From Scyliorhinus canicula (Eukaryota), in NCBI RefSeq assembly GCF_902713615.1, contig NC_052154.1, forward strand, positions 175,221,988 through 175,285,987: 64,000 nucleotides of DNA. Reading direction: 5' to 3'. This document shows positions 1 to 11,100 of this stretch, in pieces; the stretch's first letter is position 1, and every line of letters begins with the position of its first letter. A program made the translations under genes and the position numbers. Under the pieces are notes generated by a model. That model was not told the DNA's origin, searched no databases, and was given only the letters and a program-made list of their open reading frames with translations.

Positions 1-275
1 GGTCCTGGTCTCAACCCAATAGCTGCCTGGTGTCAACCTTCCAAGGGGAAAGTGGTCCACCCTCAACAAATGTGGCACTGGCCTAGCCCCTGCTTGGCCA
101 ACTTCCACAGATGGGGCATTATTACCAGTCCTCTATGTGCCAGGGGGAGAGTGCAAACTATGCACCACATCATAGTCCAATTCACAGACTCAGCGAAGGC
201 CGATCTGCACTCAACACAGTTGGACCAGAAGAAACTGCTTGGCTTCGGACTTTGCGTTTGCTAAATAAATAAAAA
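1..275 (+). mobile_element. Degenerate 3' end of a non-LTR retrotransposon (RTE-X/I-like)
   Basis: ORF 52..264 contains HRWGIITSPLCARGRVQTMHHII, resembling the C-terminal CCHC-type zinc knuckle (WG..SP.C.CG..QT..HI). It is followed by a (TAAA)n tail. Confidence 0.45.
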
Positions 276-623
276 CATCACCCATTAAGACCTGGGTATA
301 ATGCACAATCCAGCGAATTTATTCTGCATAAATAGGATGAATATTAACACTTTTACTTGTCAGTCCAATCAAGCAGAAACATTTGAAATGGCACTACGTT
401 CAGACTAGCTTTTAATTAACTCTAACATTTGCCTTTTTGATATTTATTGTTTCAATCACTAAATAATATATTTTTGTATGTCATCATAATGTTTAAAAGA
501 ATATAGTTAAAGACACAAACATTAAACCTCAGTTAATTCCTCTCAGTGTGCATGTTTTCAACTTTATGTATGTTTGTATTGTGAAGACAATGTGGTTGAC
601 TCCAAAATGCTGACCCAACCAGC

Positions 624-2299
624 TGTGTTGTTCCTTGTGTCTTAATAAAGCTCGTAGTCTCAAAGTTGGAGAAGATGCTTTATTGTGAATTTGTTCTTTC
701 TTCAGAGCTTAACTTACAGCTACCTCAAATGCTGCCTGCCTGTCCTGCTGCCAAGTCCCCCTTCTGTGAAGTGTGTCCTCACTTCCTGTCCCTCTGTATT
801 TATAGCTCTCCCGTGCTCCCTCTAGTGCTTTCTCAGTTGTATTGCATCTACACTGATACACAATCACCACATCCCCCCTTTTTTCTTTACATATTTTCTG
901 TACACCGTTAAAGAAAATTGTACAAAACAGTTAGATTACTTACGATATGTGTATCTATACAAGTGATGGTGCTATTGCATATTTTACAAAGCCAATTTAT
1001 ATTCATGAGTCCACTCTTAATTAAAAACATTCATGAGTCCAAACTTGATGATTTTGTTCATTGAGTTTTTTCTTTTTTGTTGTTGATGTGGTGATATTGA
1101 TATTGCAACTCTGTTGTGAATATTGTCGGTGTTCTTGTTATTTTAAGTGACCAATACGTCATCCCGAGGTGTTTGCATAGTCGAACCACTGATGTTGACT
1201 GACATGGACTTTTTTCTGTGCTTGTGGTATCAATTTAGTATGTCATCTGCCTTGAAAGCTGGTGTGCTTGCTTGTTCTGGAGCAGATGTGAGTTTGTGCG
1301 ATTCGTTGTCATCCCATGGCATGTTTGTAGTCTTGTCCAAACTGCACAGGCTTTGTGAAAAATTCAAGTGACTTCTTCCTTTTGATCTCAACTGGATTTC
1401 AGCATTTTGTCTATGTGAGAAGTTCAAGTTACTGTTTCCTTTTGATCTGAACTGGACCTCACCGTTTGTCTTTGTGAAAGATTCAAGTTACTTCTTCCTT
1501 TTGATCTCAACAGGATTCCAGCGTTTTGTCTATGTGAGAAGTTCAAGTTACTGTTTATTTTTGATCTGTACTTTTCACTCGCGATTTTTAGACTGAACCC
1601 TTTCTGTTCTGATAGTGATTGTTTGAGTTTTGCATCACTCAGTCCCTGTGCAGTTTGGCCTCTGAGCATACAGTGCTGCTCAAATTTCGTACAGTACTCT
1701 TCAAATTTTTGTAGTATTATCTGTAAGTTGTTGCTGTCTTCAGCTTTTAAAGCCATTATATACTTTCTGAGCTACATGTCCTGCGATGAGCAGTGCTATT
1801 TTCATTTAGTCTGAAGCTGCTGCTAAATCATTAGCTACAATATATATATCGAACACTTGTTTAAATCTTTTCCAGACATTACTTTCATTACCGGTTAGGT
1901 CCAGCTGAGGTGGGGTTCCAACCCACATCATCGAATAAGCGAGGTCTTCCCAAGTCCAATGCCCGGTAGGATTCTTCTTGCCATTTTGGTCTTTCTGTGT
2001 CTGCAGCTGAATTGTCTTGTAGTAAGCGTCTGACGTCACTCCTTGGTACCATGTGTTGTTCCTTGTGTCTTAATAAAGCTCGTAGTCTCAAAGTTGGAGA
2101 AGATGCTTTATTGTGAATTTGTTCTGTCTTCAGAGCTTAACTTACAGCTACCTCAAATGCTGCCTGCCTGTCCTGCTGCCAAGTCACCCTTCTGTGAAGT
2201 GTGTCCTCACTTCCTGTCCCTCTGTATTTATAGCTCTCCCGTGCTCCCTCTAGTGCTTGCTCAGTTGTATTGCATCTACACTGATACACAATCACCACA
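624..2299 (-). mobile_element. Non-autonomous LTR retrotransposon (Gypsy/Mag-like gag relic, no pol)
   Basis: 248-bp TG..CA LTRs at 624-871 and 2052-2299 (3 mismatches). 5-bp TSD CCAGC (619-623, 2300-2304). Minus-strand PBS TGGTACCAAGGAGTG next to 2051 and polypurine tract at 872-887. Gag-like peptides PPQLDLTGNESNVWKRFKQVFDIY and NLQIILQKFEEYC are broken by a stop and a frameshift. Confidence 0.92.
1355..1570. repeat. ~60-bp tandem repeat (about 3.5 alternating units) inside the LTR element
   Basis: Recurring ttcaagttact..ttccttttgatct..actgga with ~59-60 bp spacing. Confidence 0.8.
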
Positions 2300-2739
2300 C
2301 CAGCGACGCCCACATCCCATGGACGAATTAAAAGAGTTGTGTCATATTTGTAGGAAGCAGACAGAAGCTGAGTACTTACTATTTTAAAATTATAAACAGT
2401 AAAATTACTATCAGCTTTGTCTGCTGTGACAAATTGAGTTCATGCCTGTAGTTCATCTTGAGATGTGTTCCCAATCTGATTTGTTGCAGCGATATGAAAC
2501 AAAAGTTGGAGACGAATTCTGAACGAAGAAAATCTGACCAGCTTGCCATGTTTCCGCATTCCCACTCCCCTGTGTGCTTTTTTATTGAAGGTGGCACCGA
2601 GCGGCAATGGCTGCCCACTGAGTGGCAGTGGGCAGCATGGAGACGGGCTCAGTGCCCGCCTGCTGCGCTGTAGCCATTCTATGATTTTAAGCCAAATATG
2701 GCCACTGATGATGACCATTAAACAATTGTTGGAAAAAAA

Positions 2740-2925
2740 CATCTAGTTCACTCATGTCCGTTAGGGAGGGAAATCTGCCATCCTTACCCGGTCTGACCTA
2801 CATGTGACTCCAGATCCACAGCAATGTGGTTGACACTCTTACCCGCTCCCGCAAGAGCAATTAGGGATGGGCAATGAATGCTGGCACAGCCTGCAATGCC
2901 AGTGTCCCATGAACAAATTTTTAAA
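2740..2925 (+). mobile_element. SINE body/tail (Deu/CR1-L2-tailed shark SINE)
   Basis: Motif gggagggaaatctgccatccttacccggtctgacctacatgtgactccaga..gcaatgtggttgac. A related inverse copy lies at ~33280-33440. Confidence 0.55.
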
Positions 2926-2927
2926 AT

Positions 2928-4120
2928 GCTGCTTCATCAGTTACCTTCCTTCCATCATAAGGTCAGATGTGGGGATGTTTGCTGATGGCTGCACAATGTT
3001 CAGAACCATTCATGACTTCTCAGACAATGAAGCAGTCCCATGTCGAAATGCATCAAGACCTGGACAATATTCAGGCTTGGGCTGACAAGTGGCAAGTTAC
3101 ATTCGTGCCACACAAGTGCCAGGCAATGACTATATCCTATAAGAGAGGATTTAACCATCTCCACTTGACATTCAATGGCATTGGGGCCTCACGGTAGCAT
3201 GGTGGTTAGCATCAATGCTTCACAGCTCCAGGGTCCCAGGTTCGATTCCCGGCTGGGTCACTGTCTGTGTGGAGTCTGCACGTCCTCCCCGTGTGTGCGT
3301 GGGTTTCCTCCGGGTGCTCCGGTTTCCTCCCACAGTCCAAAGATGTGCGGGTTAGGTGGATTGGCCATGCTAAATTGCCCGTAGTGTAAGGTTAATGGGG
3401 GGATTGTTGGGTCACGGGTATACGGGTTACGTGGGTTTAAGTGGGGTGATCATTGCTCGGCACAACATCGAGGGCCGAAGGGCCTGTTCTGTGCTGTACT
3501 GTTCTATGTTCTATTACCATCACTGAATCCCCCACAATCAACATCCCGGGGGTAACGATTGATCAGAAACTGAACTGGACTAGCCATATTAATACTGTGG
3601 CTACCAGGGCCAGGTCAAAGGTTAGGAATCCTATGGTGAGTAACTCACCTCCCTACCCCCAAAACCTGTCCATCATCTACAAGACACAAGTCAGGAGTGT
3701 AATGGAATACTTTCCAATTGCTGGATGAGTGCAGCTTCAACAACACCACCCAGGACAAAGCAACCCACTTAATTTCTCCCCACTCACACAAACAATCATA
3801 CCCGCCACCACCACAGATGAACACTGGCAGCCGTGTGTCCCATCTACAAGATGCAATGCAGTAACTCACCAAGTATCCTCAGACAGCACCTTTCAAACCC
3901 ATGAAACTGCCATCTGAAAGGACAAGAGCAGCAGCTATCTGGGAACCCCAGCACCTAGAGGCTCCCCTCCAAGTCACTCACCATCTTGACTTGGAAATAT
4001 ATCGCCGTTCCTTCACAGTTGCTGGGGCAACATCCTGTAACTCCCTCTCTAAGAGCATCGCAGGTGTACCTACGCGTCAGGGATTGCAGCGGTTCAAGAA
4101 GGCAGCTTAACACCACATCT
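2928..4120 (+). mobile_element. CR1/L2-group LINE fragment (RT region to 3' part), interrupted by a SINE
   Basis: Peptides LPSIIRSDVGMFADGCTMF and QDLDNIQAWADKWQVTFVPHKCQAM, with frameshifts. Confidence 0.8.
3184..3513 (+). mobile_element. HE1-type tRNA-derived SINE with CR1 (HER1-like) tail
   Basis: Pol III A/B boxes (tggtggttagc, ggttcgattcc), central core gggtttcctccgggtgctccggtttcctcccacagtccaaagatgtgc, tail gggccgaagggcctgt..(ttctatg)n. Confidence 0.85.
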
Positions 4121-4139
4121 CGTAAACAAATAAAAAAAA

Positions 4140-5140
4140 ACAAGTTGAGTGAGTGGGATAACACGTGGCAGATGCAATGCTGTTAAATGTGAAGTTATAT
4201 TCTGCGGTGTGAAAAACAGAAAGAAAGTATTATTTAAATGGTGATATGTTGGGAAGTGTGGATGTACAAAGGGATCTGAGCGTTCTTGTACACCAGTCAA
4301 TGAAGGTGGAGAGGCAGGTGCAGTAAACAATTAGGTTGCAAATGGTATGTTGGTCTTCCATTGCTAGATTTGAGTTCACAAGTAGGAATGTCTTACTGCA
4401 GTTGTACAGGGCCTTGGTGGGACCACACCTGGAGAATTTTCTGCAGTTTTGACCTTCTTACCTAAAAAGGATATACTTGCAGCAGAGGTTCATGAGGCTT
4501 AAACAGAGGTTGGAGGGACTTTCCTATGAGGAGAGATTGGTTTGACTGGGCCTGTGTTCACTAGAGTTTAGAAGGATGAGAGGCTATCTGACTTAAATGT
4601 CTAAAATTCTAATGGGATTGGTCAGACTAGATTCAGGGAGGATGTTTTCCCTGGTTGGGGAATCTAGAACTGGGAGACACAATCTCAGGATAAGGGGTAG
4701 ACCATTTAGGACTGAGATGAGGAAACATTTCTTCACTCAAAGGGTAATGAACCTGTGGAATTCTCTACCACAGAAGGTTGTGCAGGACAGGTCACTGAAT
4801 GTGTTCAAGAAATGATGTGGAGATGCCGGCGTTGGACTGGGGTGAGCACAGTAAGAAGTCTTACAACACCAGGTTAAAGTCCAACAGGCTTGTTTCGAAT
4901 CACTAGCTTTCGGGGCGCTTGAAGAAGCTAGTAATTCAAAACAAGCCTGTTGGTCTTTAACCTGGTGTTGTAAGAATTCTTACTGTGTTCAAGAGTTAGA
5001 TTTAAAAAAAAAGATTTTAATGGCATCAATGGATATGTGGAGAAAGTGGGAATATGGCATTGAGATAGAGGATCATAACGAATGGCAGAGCAGGCTTGAA
5101 GGGCTGAATGGCATATTCCTGTTCCTAGTCTCTATGATTC
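4140..5140 (+). mobile_element. CR1 (HER1-like) LINE 3' fragment
   Basis: Peptide RTEMRKHFFTQRVMNLWNSLPQ and the CR1 3' UTR ggcttgaagggctgaatggc..tctatgattct. Confidence 0.85.
4811..4983. mobile_element. Penelope-derived foldback mini-element
   Basis: Long inverted repeat (acagtaagaagtcttacaacaccaggttaaagtccaacagg ... cctgttggtctttaacctggtgttgtaagaattcttactgt). 11-bp TSD TGTGTTCAAGA at 4800-4810 and 4984-4994. Confidence 0.7.
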
Positions 5141-5387
5141 TTTCATGTTGGAGGGTGCACAGTGGACTCGAGCAGAGTCAGAACTGGGAAATTATTCTGA
5201 TGCCCGAGAATTTTCAAACTCCGGAAAATTCTGACCAACGTTTCGACAGTAAGAATCAACGTGGCTTGTTGCTACAGAATTTTCTGGAGTTACCAACAGA
5301 TGAGCCAGCAATTGACAGGTCTCAAAGGAGAGGAGGGCAAAAATTGTACTTCTAGGAATCTCAGAGAAAAGATGTCTCTGAAACATT

Positions 5388-5523
5388 GGATAAAAGCAAA
5401 TTACTGCGGATGCTGGAATCTGAAACGAAAGGGAAAATGCTGGAAAATCTCAGCAAGTCTGGCAGCATCTGTGGGGAGAGAAAAGAGCTAACGTTTCGAG
5501 TCCGATGACTCTTTTGTCAAAAC
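5388..5523 (-). mobile_element. Penelope-like terminal-repeat fragment
   Basis: actgcggatgctggaatctgaaac..cagcatctgtgg motif shared with ~20660, ~37690 and ~41100. 12-bp TSD CTCTGAAACATT at 5376-5387 and 5524-5535. Confidence 0.65.
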
Positions 5524-5959
5524 CTCTGAAACATTACAGCTTTGAAGCAAATAGCAGATACAATAAAACAGGTTCTTCTTAGAAAGAAGGTAGGAATAAT
5601 TATAATTATTACTGAGAACGGAACAAGAAAAAAAAACACCTTGAAACACTGGTTTGAAAATTCGAGGTGAAGATGTTTATTCAAGTAGATACCTACATTT
5701 GGATGCCATTTTGTGAGTCACAGAGAAATCTAACTGTCATGTAAACACTGTGATTACTCACTCATTGTTCCAGGTTTCATAAATAACCTGATTGCTAATG
5801 AAATTGATCTTCTTTGCTGAAGGATTTCAATTTTCATGTTGTTTCTCCTGCCCTTGCCATTACAAATCAGAGAATTAATTTTCCTGAGCACCAAACAGGG
5901 AAACAGTGAGGCTGAATGGAATTGCGAAGCTGGAACATTTATTGGTTAAGAGGTTAGGA

Positions 5960-6740
5960 TACCAAAACTAGAACAGCACAGCCGAGTTAAATAATAAAAT
6001 AGATTTAATAATCACTGTTATAATAGAAAGTAGATTCAAACGTAAAAATTGGGACCTGGCTCAAAGTGGAGAGGATCTCCAAGAAGATTGCACATACACT
6101 GACATTAAGTTTCTACAAAGATGCAAGAAAGCAGACGAGATCCTGAAAGGGCTAGATCACAAACCCATTCAAGCCGACCGATAACACAGACTCTGCCATC
6201 GCACCTCTCTTAACTCTTCTCAACCGCCTCGTATACCAGCTCTACAGCAGACGCCGCAACCTGGAAACCAAGATAGAGTCCATATTCCTGGACTTTTAAA
6301 TTTATAGAAGCACTTCCAAAATTTGAAAAGGATGTGGAAGCATTCTTCATTAATTTGAAAAGATAGCTGAATAGATGAAATGGCAAAAGGAATTTATACA
6401 TTACTTTAACAAAGTAGACTGATAGGTAGAGCTGGTGAGGTGTACACATGATTGTTGGAAGAGGTATCCATAGATTATGATGTGGTAAAGGAAGCAATTC
6501 TTCGTACGGGTGAGTTGGTTCCTGAGTTGTTCAGACAGAAATTTCAAAACACAAGACGACAGCCTGGACAAACTCATATTTAATTTGAGAAGGTGAAGCA
6601 AAATAATTTTAACTGTTGAATATGGGCATTAAAGACAGAGAGAATATATGAAGCCCTTAAAGCGGTGATTGTTTTGGAAGAATTTAAAGATTCACTTCCT
6701 TTGATTATTAGGATGCACGTTGAGGAACAAAAAGTCAGGT
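5960..6740 (+). mobile_element. Degenerate Gypsy gag (SCAN-like) relic
   Basis: Read across frameshifts: ALPKFE.KDVEAFFI, YDVVKEAILRTGELVPELFRQKFQN, EALKAVIVLEEFKDSLP..IRMHVEEQKV. Confidence 0.65.
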
Positions 6741-6899
6741 AGCTGTGGTAACCACTGTGCCAGCCTTATTCCTCTCCCTTTCACTGTCGGCATTACAAAG
6801 GAGCCATTCTCCACAATAACGTGGTTCTCTCCACAATTGCCCCACTCTTTGACCTCATCAATTGCAGGAGGTGTCCAACTGCCCCAATATCGCCTCTTT

Positions 6900-7320
6900 C
6901 ATCAATGTCCATGACCAGCAATTTGGTATGCTGTATTCACTGCTCTCCCTATACATCAGGACAACAAAATGCAGACCGGGTGATCTTGATTGCTCGGCAG
7001 GCCACCGCTCCTCAGTCCACAAGCATGACCCAAACTGGTCACTTGCCATTTCTGTTCTCCACTTTGCTCTTGTGCTCACATTTCAAGTACCAGCCTCCCC
7101 GGACAGGCGCCTGAATGTGGTGACTAGGGGCTTTTCACAGTAACTTCATTGAAGCCTACTCTTGACAATAAGCGATTTTCATTTCATTTCCTGTCCTCGG
7201 CCTGCTGCACTGTCCTAATGACACTCAATACGAACTGGAGGGACAGCACCTCATTTTACCATTCGGCACCTTACAGCCTTCTGGACTTAACATGGAGTTC
7301 AACAACTTCAGTCCATGAAC
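6900..7320 (+). mobile_element. Penelope GIY-YIG region relic, with a SINE fragment at 7087-7190
   Basis: SNLVCCIHCS..YI.TTKCRPGD resembles the GIY-YIG motif. A similar relic lies at ~42040-42130. Confidence 0.5.
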
Positions 7321-7679
7321 TCAACTCTGCCTCCCATGCAGAATTTTGTTTTTGCAAGTGCTGGTTTGAATATTGTTTTCCACATGTTTGATTTTGTGAA
7401 CATCTGTTCATTATTCTGTTATTAACATCTACCGTGGGCCAATGTTTTGTTTATTATAACCACAACCACTGCCTTTTTGTTCAGAATCAGGCCATTCAGC
7501 CCAGCCAGATTCCCTCCCTTTGATCTCCCTCCTACTGCCCCCAAGAACCTCTCTACCGGTCTTCAGTAAAGACCAATTCTGCCCCGCGCTCTCTCCTCTC
7601 CACAGAGGTTGCCAGACCGGCTGTGCATATTTGGATGGATTCTTTTCTCCAGTTTTGGAAGCACAATGAGGGATTGCTC

Positions 7680-7790
7680 ACTGCCGCCCATCCCCTCGCC
7701 GATAGGCGGAACCAGAGCGCGGGGCCATACCGGAAGTAGCGGTCGGAGTGCGGGGAAGGACGGACCCGCCGGAAGTGGCCGTTGAGAATG
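7680..7790 (+). promoter_or_regulatory. CpG-island promoter of PTPMT1 with tandem ETS/GABP (NRF-2) sites
   Basis: CCGGAAGT at 7730-7737 and CCGGAAGTG at 7769-7777. A YY1-like AATGGCGG overlaps the ATG. Local CpG richness. Confidence 0.7.
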
Positions 7791-7934
7791 GCGGCGCTGT
7801 TCGCGCGCGCTGTTTTCTACCCGAGTCTCGGTTACAACATCTTCATGTCGAAGGTGTGGGGCCGGCACTGGTACGACCGCATCGACCAGACCGTCATCAT
7901 CGGAGCCCTGCCCTTCCGCTCCCTCACTGAGGAG
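7788..7934 (+). CDS. PTPMT1: PTPMT1 exon 1 (mitochondrial phosphatidylglycerophosphatase)
   Basis: MAALFARAVFYPSLGYN..WYDRIDQTVIIGALPFRSLTEE. Donor GAG|gtaggg, phase 0. Confidence 0.95.
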
Positions 7935-8170
7935 GTAGGGGAATGGAGGCGGGGCCGGGGGAGGGGTCTGTGATTGGGGGGGCGGGGTGTAGTCAGGGGG
8001 AGGGGGCAATGGTCAGGGGCGTCCGTGGTAGGGGGAACAGGGCTGTCCGTGGTCGGGGGAACAGGGCTGTCCGTGGTCGGGGGAACAGGGCTGTAGTCAA
8101 GGGGAGGAGCTTGTAGTCAAGGGGAGGAGCCTGGGGTCTGGGAGGAGCTTGTAGTGAGGGAGGAGGGGCT

Positions 8171-11100
8171 GGGGATGGGTGCGCAGTAAGGGGGAGGGAT
8201 GGGTGCGCAGTAAGGGGGGGGGATGGGTGCGCAGTAAGGGGGGGGGATGGGTGCGCAGTAAGGGGGGGAGAAGATGGGTGCGCAGTAAGGGGGGGGAGAA
8301 GATGGGTGCGCAGTAAGGGGGGGGGGGGAGAAGATGGGTGCGCAGTAGGGGGGGGGGGGGGAGAAGATGGGTGCGCAGTAAGGGGGGGGGGGAGAAGATG
8401 GGTGCGCAGTAAGGGGGGGGGGAGAAGATGGGTGCGCAGTAAGGGGGGGGGGAGAAGATGGGTGCGCAGTAAGGGGGGGGAGAAGATGGGTGCGCAGTAA
8501 GGGGGGGGGAGAAGATGGGTGCGCAGTAAGGGGGGGGGAGAAGATGGGTGCGCAGTAAGGGGGGGGGAGAAGATGGGTGCGCAGTAAGGGGGGGGAGAAG
8601 ATGGGTGCGCAGTAAGGGGGGGAGAAGATGGTGTGCGCAGTAAGGGGGGGGGGAGAAGATGGGTGCGCAGTAAGGGGGGGGGAGAGATGGGTGCGCAGTA
8701 AGGGGGGGAGAGATGGGTGCGCAGTAAGGGGGGGGGAGAGATGGGTGCGCAGTAAAGGGGGGGGGGAGAGATGGGTGCGCAGTAAGGGGGGGGGGAGAGA
8801 TGGGTGCGCAGTAAGGGGGGGGAGATGGGTGCGCAGTAAGGGGGGGGGAGATGGGTGTGCGCAGTAAGGGGGGGGGGAGGGTGCGCAGTAAGGGGGGGGG
8901 AGATGGGTGCGCAGTAAGGGGGGGTATGGCGTGCGCAGTAAGGGGGGGGATGGGTGCGCAGTAAGGGGGGGGGTGGGTGCGCAGTAAGGGGGGGATGGGT
9001 GCGCAGTAAGGGGGGGGATGGGTGCGCAGTAAGGGGGGGATGGGTGCGCAGTAATGGGGGGGGATGGTGTCGCAGTTAAGGGGGGGTGGGTGCGCAGTAA
9101 GGGGGGGGATGCGCAGTAGGGGGGGATGGGTGCGCAGTAAGGGGGGGGATGGGTGCGCAGTAAGGGGGGGGATGGGGTGCGCAGTAAGGGGGGGATGGGT
9201 GCGCAGTAAGGGGGGGGATGGGTGCGCAGTAAAGGGGGGGGATGGGTGCGCAGTAAGGGGGGGATGGGTGCGCAGTAAGGGGGGGATGCGCAGTAGGGGG
9301 GGATGGGTGCGCAGTAAGGGAGGGGTGCACAGTAGGGGGGGGTGGGTGTGCAGTAAGGGGGGGGATGGGTGCGCAGTAAGGGGGGGATGGGTGCGCAGTA
9401 AGGGGGGGGATGGGTGCGCAGTAAAGGGGGGGATGGGTGCGCAGTAAAGGGGGGGGGATGGGTGCGCAGTAAGGGGGGATGGGTGCGCAGTAAGGGGGGA
9501 TGCGCAGTAGGGGGGGATGGGTGCGCAGTAATGGGGGGAAGGGTGCGCAGTAGGGGGGGATGGGTGCGCAGTAAGGGGGGGATGGGTGCGCAGTAAGGGG
9601 GGATGGGTGCGCAGTAAGGGAGGGGGATGGGTGCGCAGTAAGGGAGGGGGATGGGTGCGCAGTAAGGGGGGGGGATGGGTGCGCAGTAAGGGGGGGGGAT
9701 GGGTGCGCAGTAAGGGGGGGGATGGGTGCGCAGTAAGGGGGGGATGGGTGCGCAGTAAGGGAGGGGTGCACAGTAGGGGGGGTGGGTGCGCAGTAAGGGG
9801 GGGGGGATGGGTGCACAGTAAGGGAGGGGGATGGGTGCGCAGTAAGGGAGGGGGATGGGTGCACAGTAAGGGGGGGGGATGGGTGCGCAGTAAGGGGGGG
9901 TGGGTGCGCAGTAAGGGAGGGGGATGGGTGCGCAGTAAGGGAGGGGGATGGGTGCGCAGTAAGGGAGGGGGATGGGTGCGCAGTAAGGGTGGGGGGATGG
10001 GTGCGCAGTAAGGGAAGGGGGTGGGTGCGCAGTAAGGGAGGGGGGTGGGGTGCGCAGTAAGGGAGGGGGGATGGGTGCGCAGTAAGGGAGGGGGGTGGGT
10101 GCGCAGTAAGGGAGGGGGGTGGGTGCGCAGTAAGGGAGGGGGGTGGGTGCGCAGTAAGGGAGGGGGATGGGTGCGCAGTAAGGGAGGGGTGCACAGTAGG
10201 GGGGGGTGGGTGTGCAGTAAGGGGGGGGATGGGTGCGCAGTAAGGGGGGGGATGGGTGCGCAGTAAGGGGGGGATGGGTGCGCAGTAAGGGGGGGGATGG
10301 GTGCGCAGTAAGGGGGGGGTGGGTGCGCAGTAAGGGGGGGATGGGTGCGCAGTAAGGGGGGGATGGGTGCGCAGTAAGGGGGGGGGATGGGTGCGCAGTA
10401 AGGGGGGGGTGGGTGCGCAGTAAGGGGGGGGTGGGTGCGCAGTAAGGGGGGGATGGGTGCGCAGTAAGGGGGGGATGGGTGCGCAGTAAGGGGGGGATGG
10501 GTGCGCAGTAAGGGGGGGGTGGGTGCGCAGTAAGGGGGGGGGATGGGTGCGCAGTAAGGGGGGGGGGATGGGGGCGCAGTAAGGGGGGGATGGGTGCACA
10601 GTAAGGGGGGGGATGGGGGTGCGCCAGTAAGGGGGGGGCTGTGATGGGTGCGCAGTAAGGGGGGGGATGGGTGCGCAGTAAGGGGGGGGAGGGTGCGCAG
10701 TAAGGGGGGGGATGGTGTGCGCAGTAAGGGGGGGGGATGGCTGTGCGCAGTAAGGGGGGGATGGGTGCGCAGTAAGGGGGGTGGGTGCGCAGTAAGGGGG
10801 GGGATGGTGTGCGCAGTAAGGGGGGGATGGGTGCGCAGTAAGGGGGGATGGGTGCGCAGTAAGGGGGGATGGGTGCGCAGTAAGGGGGGGGATGGGTGCG
10901 CAGTAAGGGGGGGATGGTGCGCAGTAAGGGGGGGGTGGGTGCGCAGTAAGGGGGGGGGGGGGGCGCAGTAAGGTGGGGGGGATGGGTGCACAGTAAGGGG
11001 GGGGGTGGGTGCGCAGTAAGGGGGGGATGGGTGCGCAGTAAGGGGGGGCGGGTGCGCAGTAAGGGGGGGATTGGTGCGCAGTAAGGTGGGGGGGATGGGT

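Noticed and set aside
666-911. Duplicated 81/114-aa ORFs (MEKMLYCEF..)
   Set aside because: Antisense translations of the two LTRs.
3184-3260. tRNA genes at SINE heads (many copies)
   Set aside because: A/B boxes are followed by SINE core and tail, with no complete cloverleaf.
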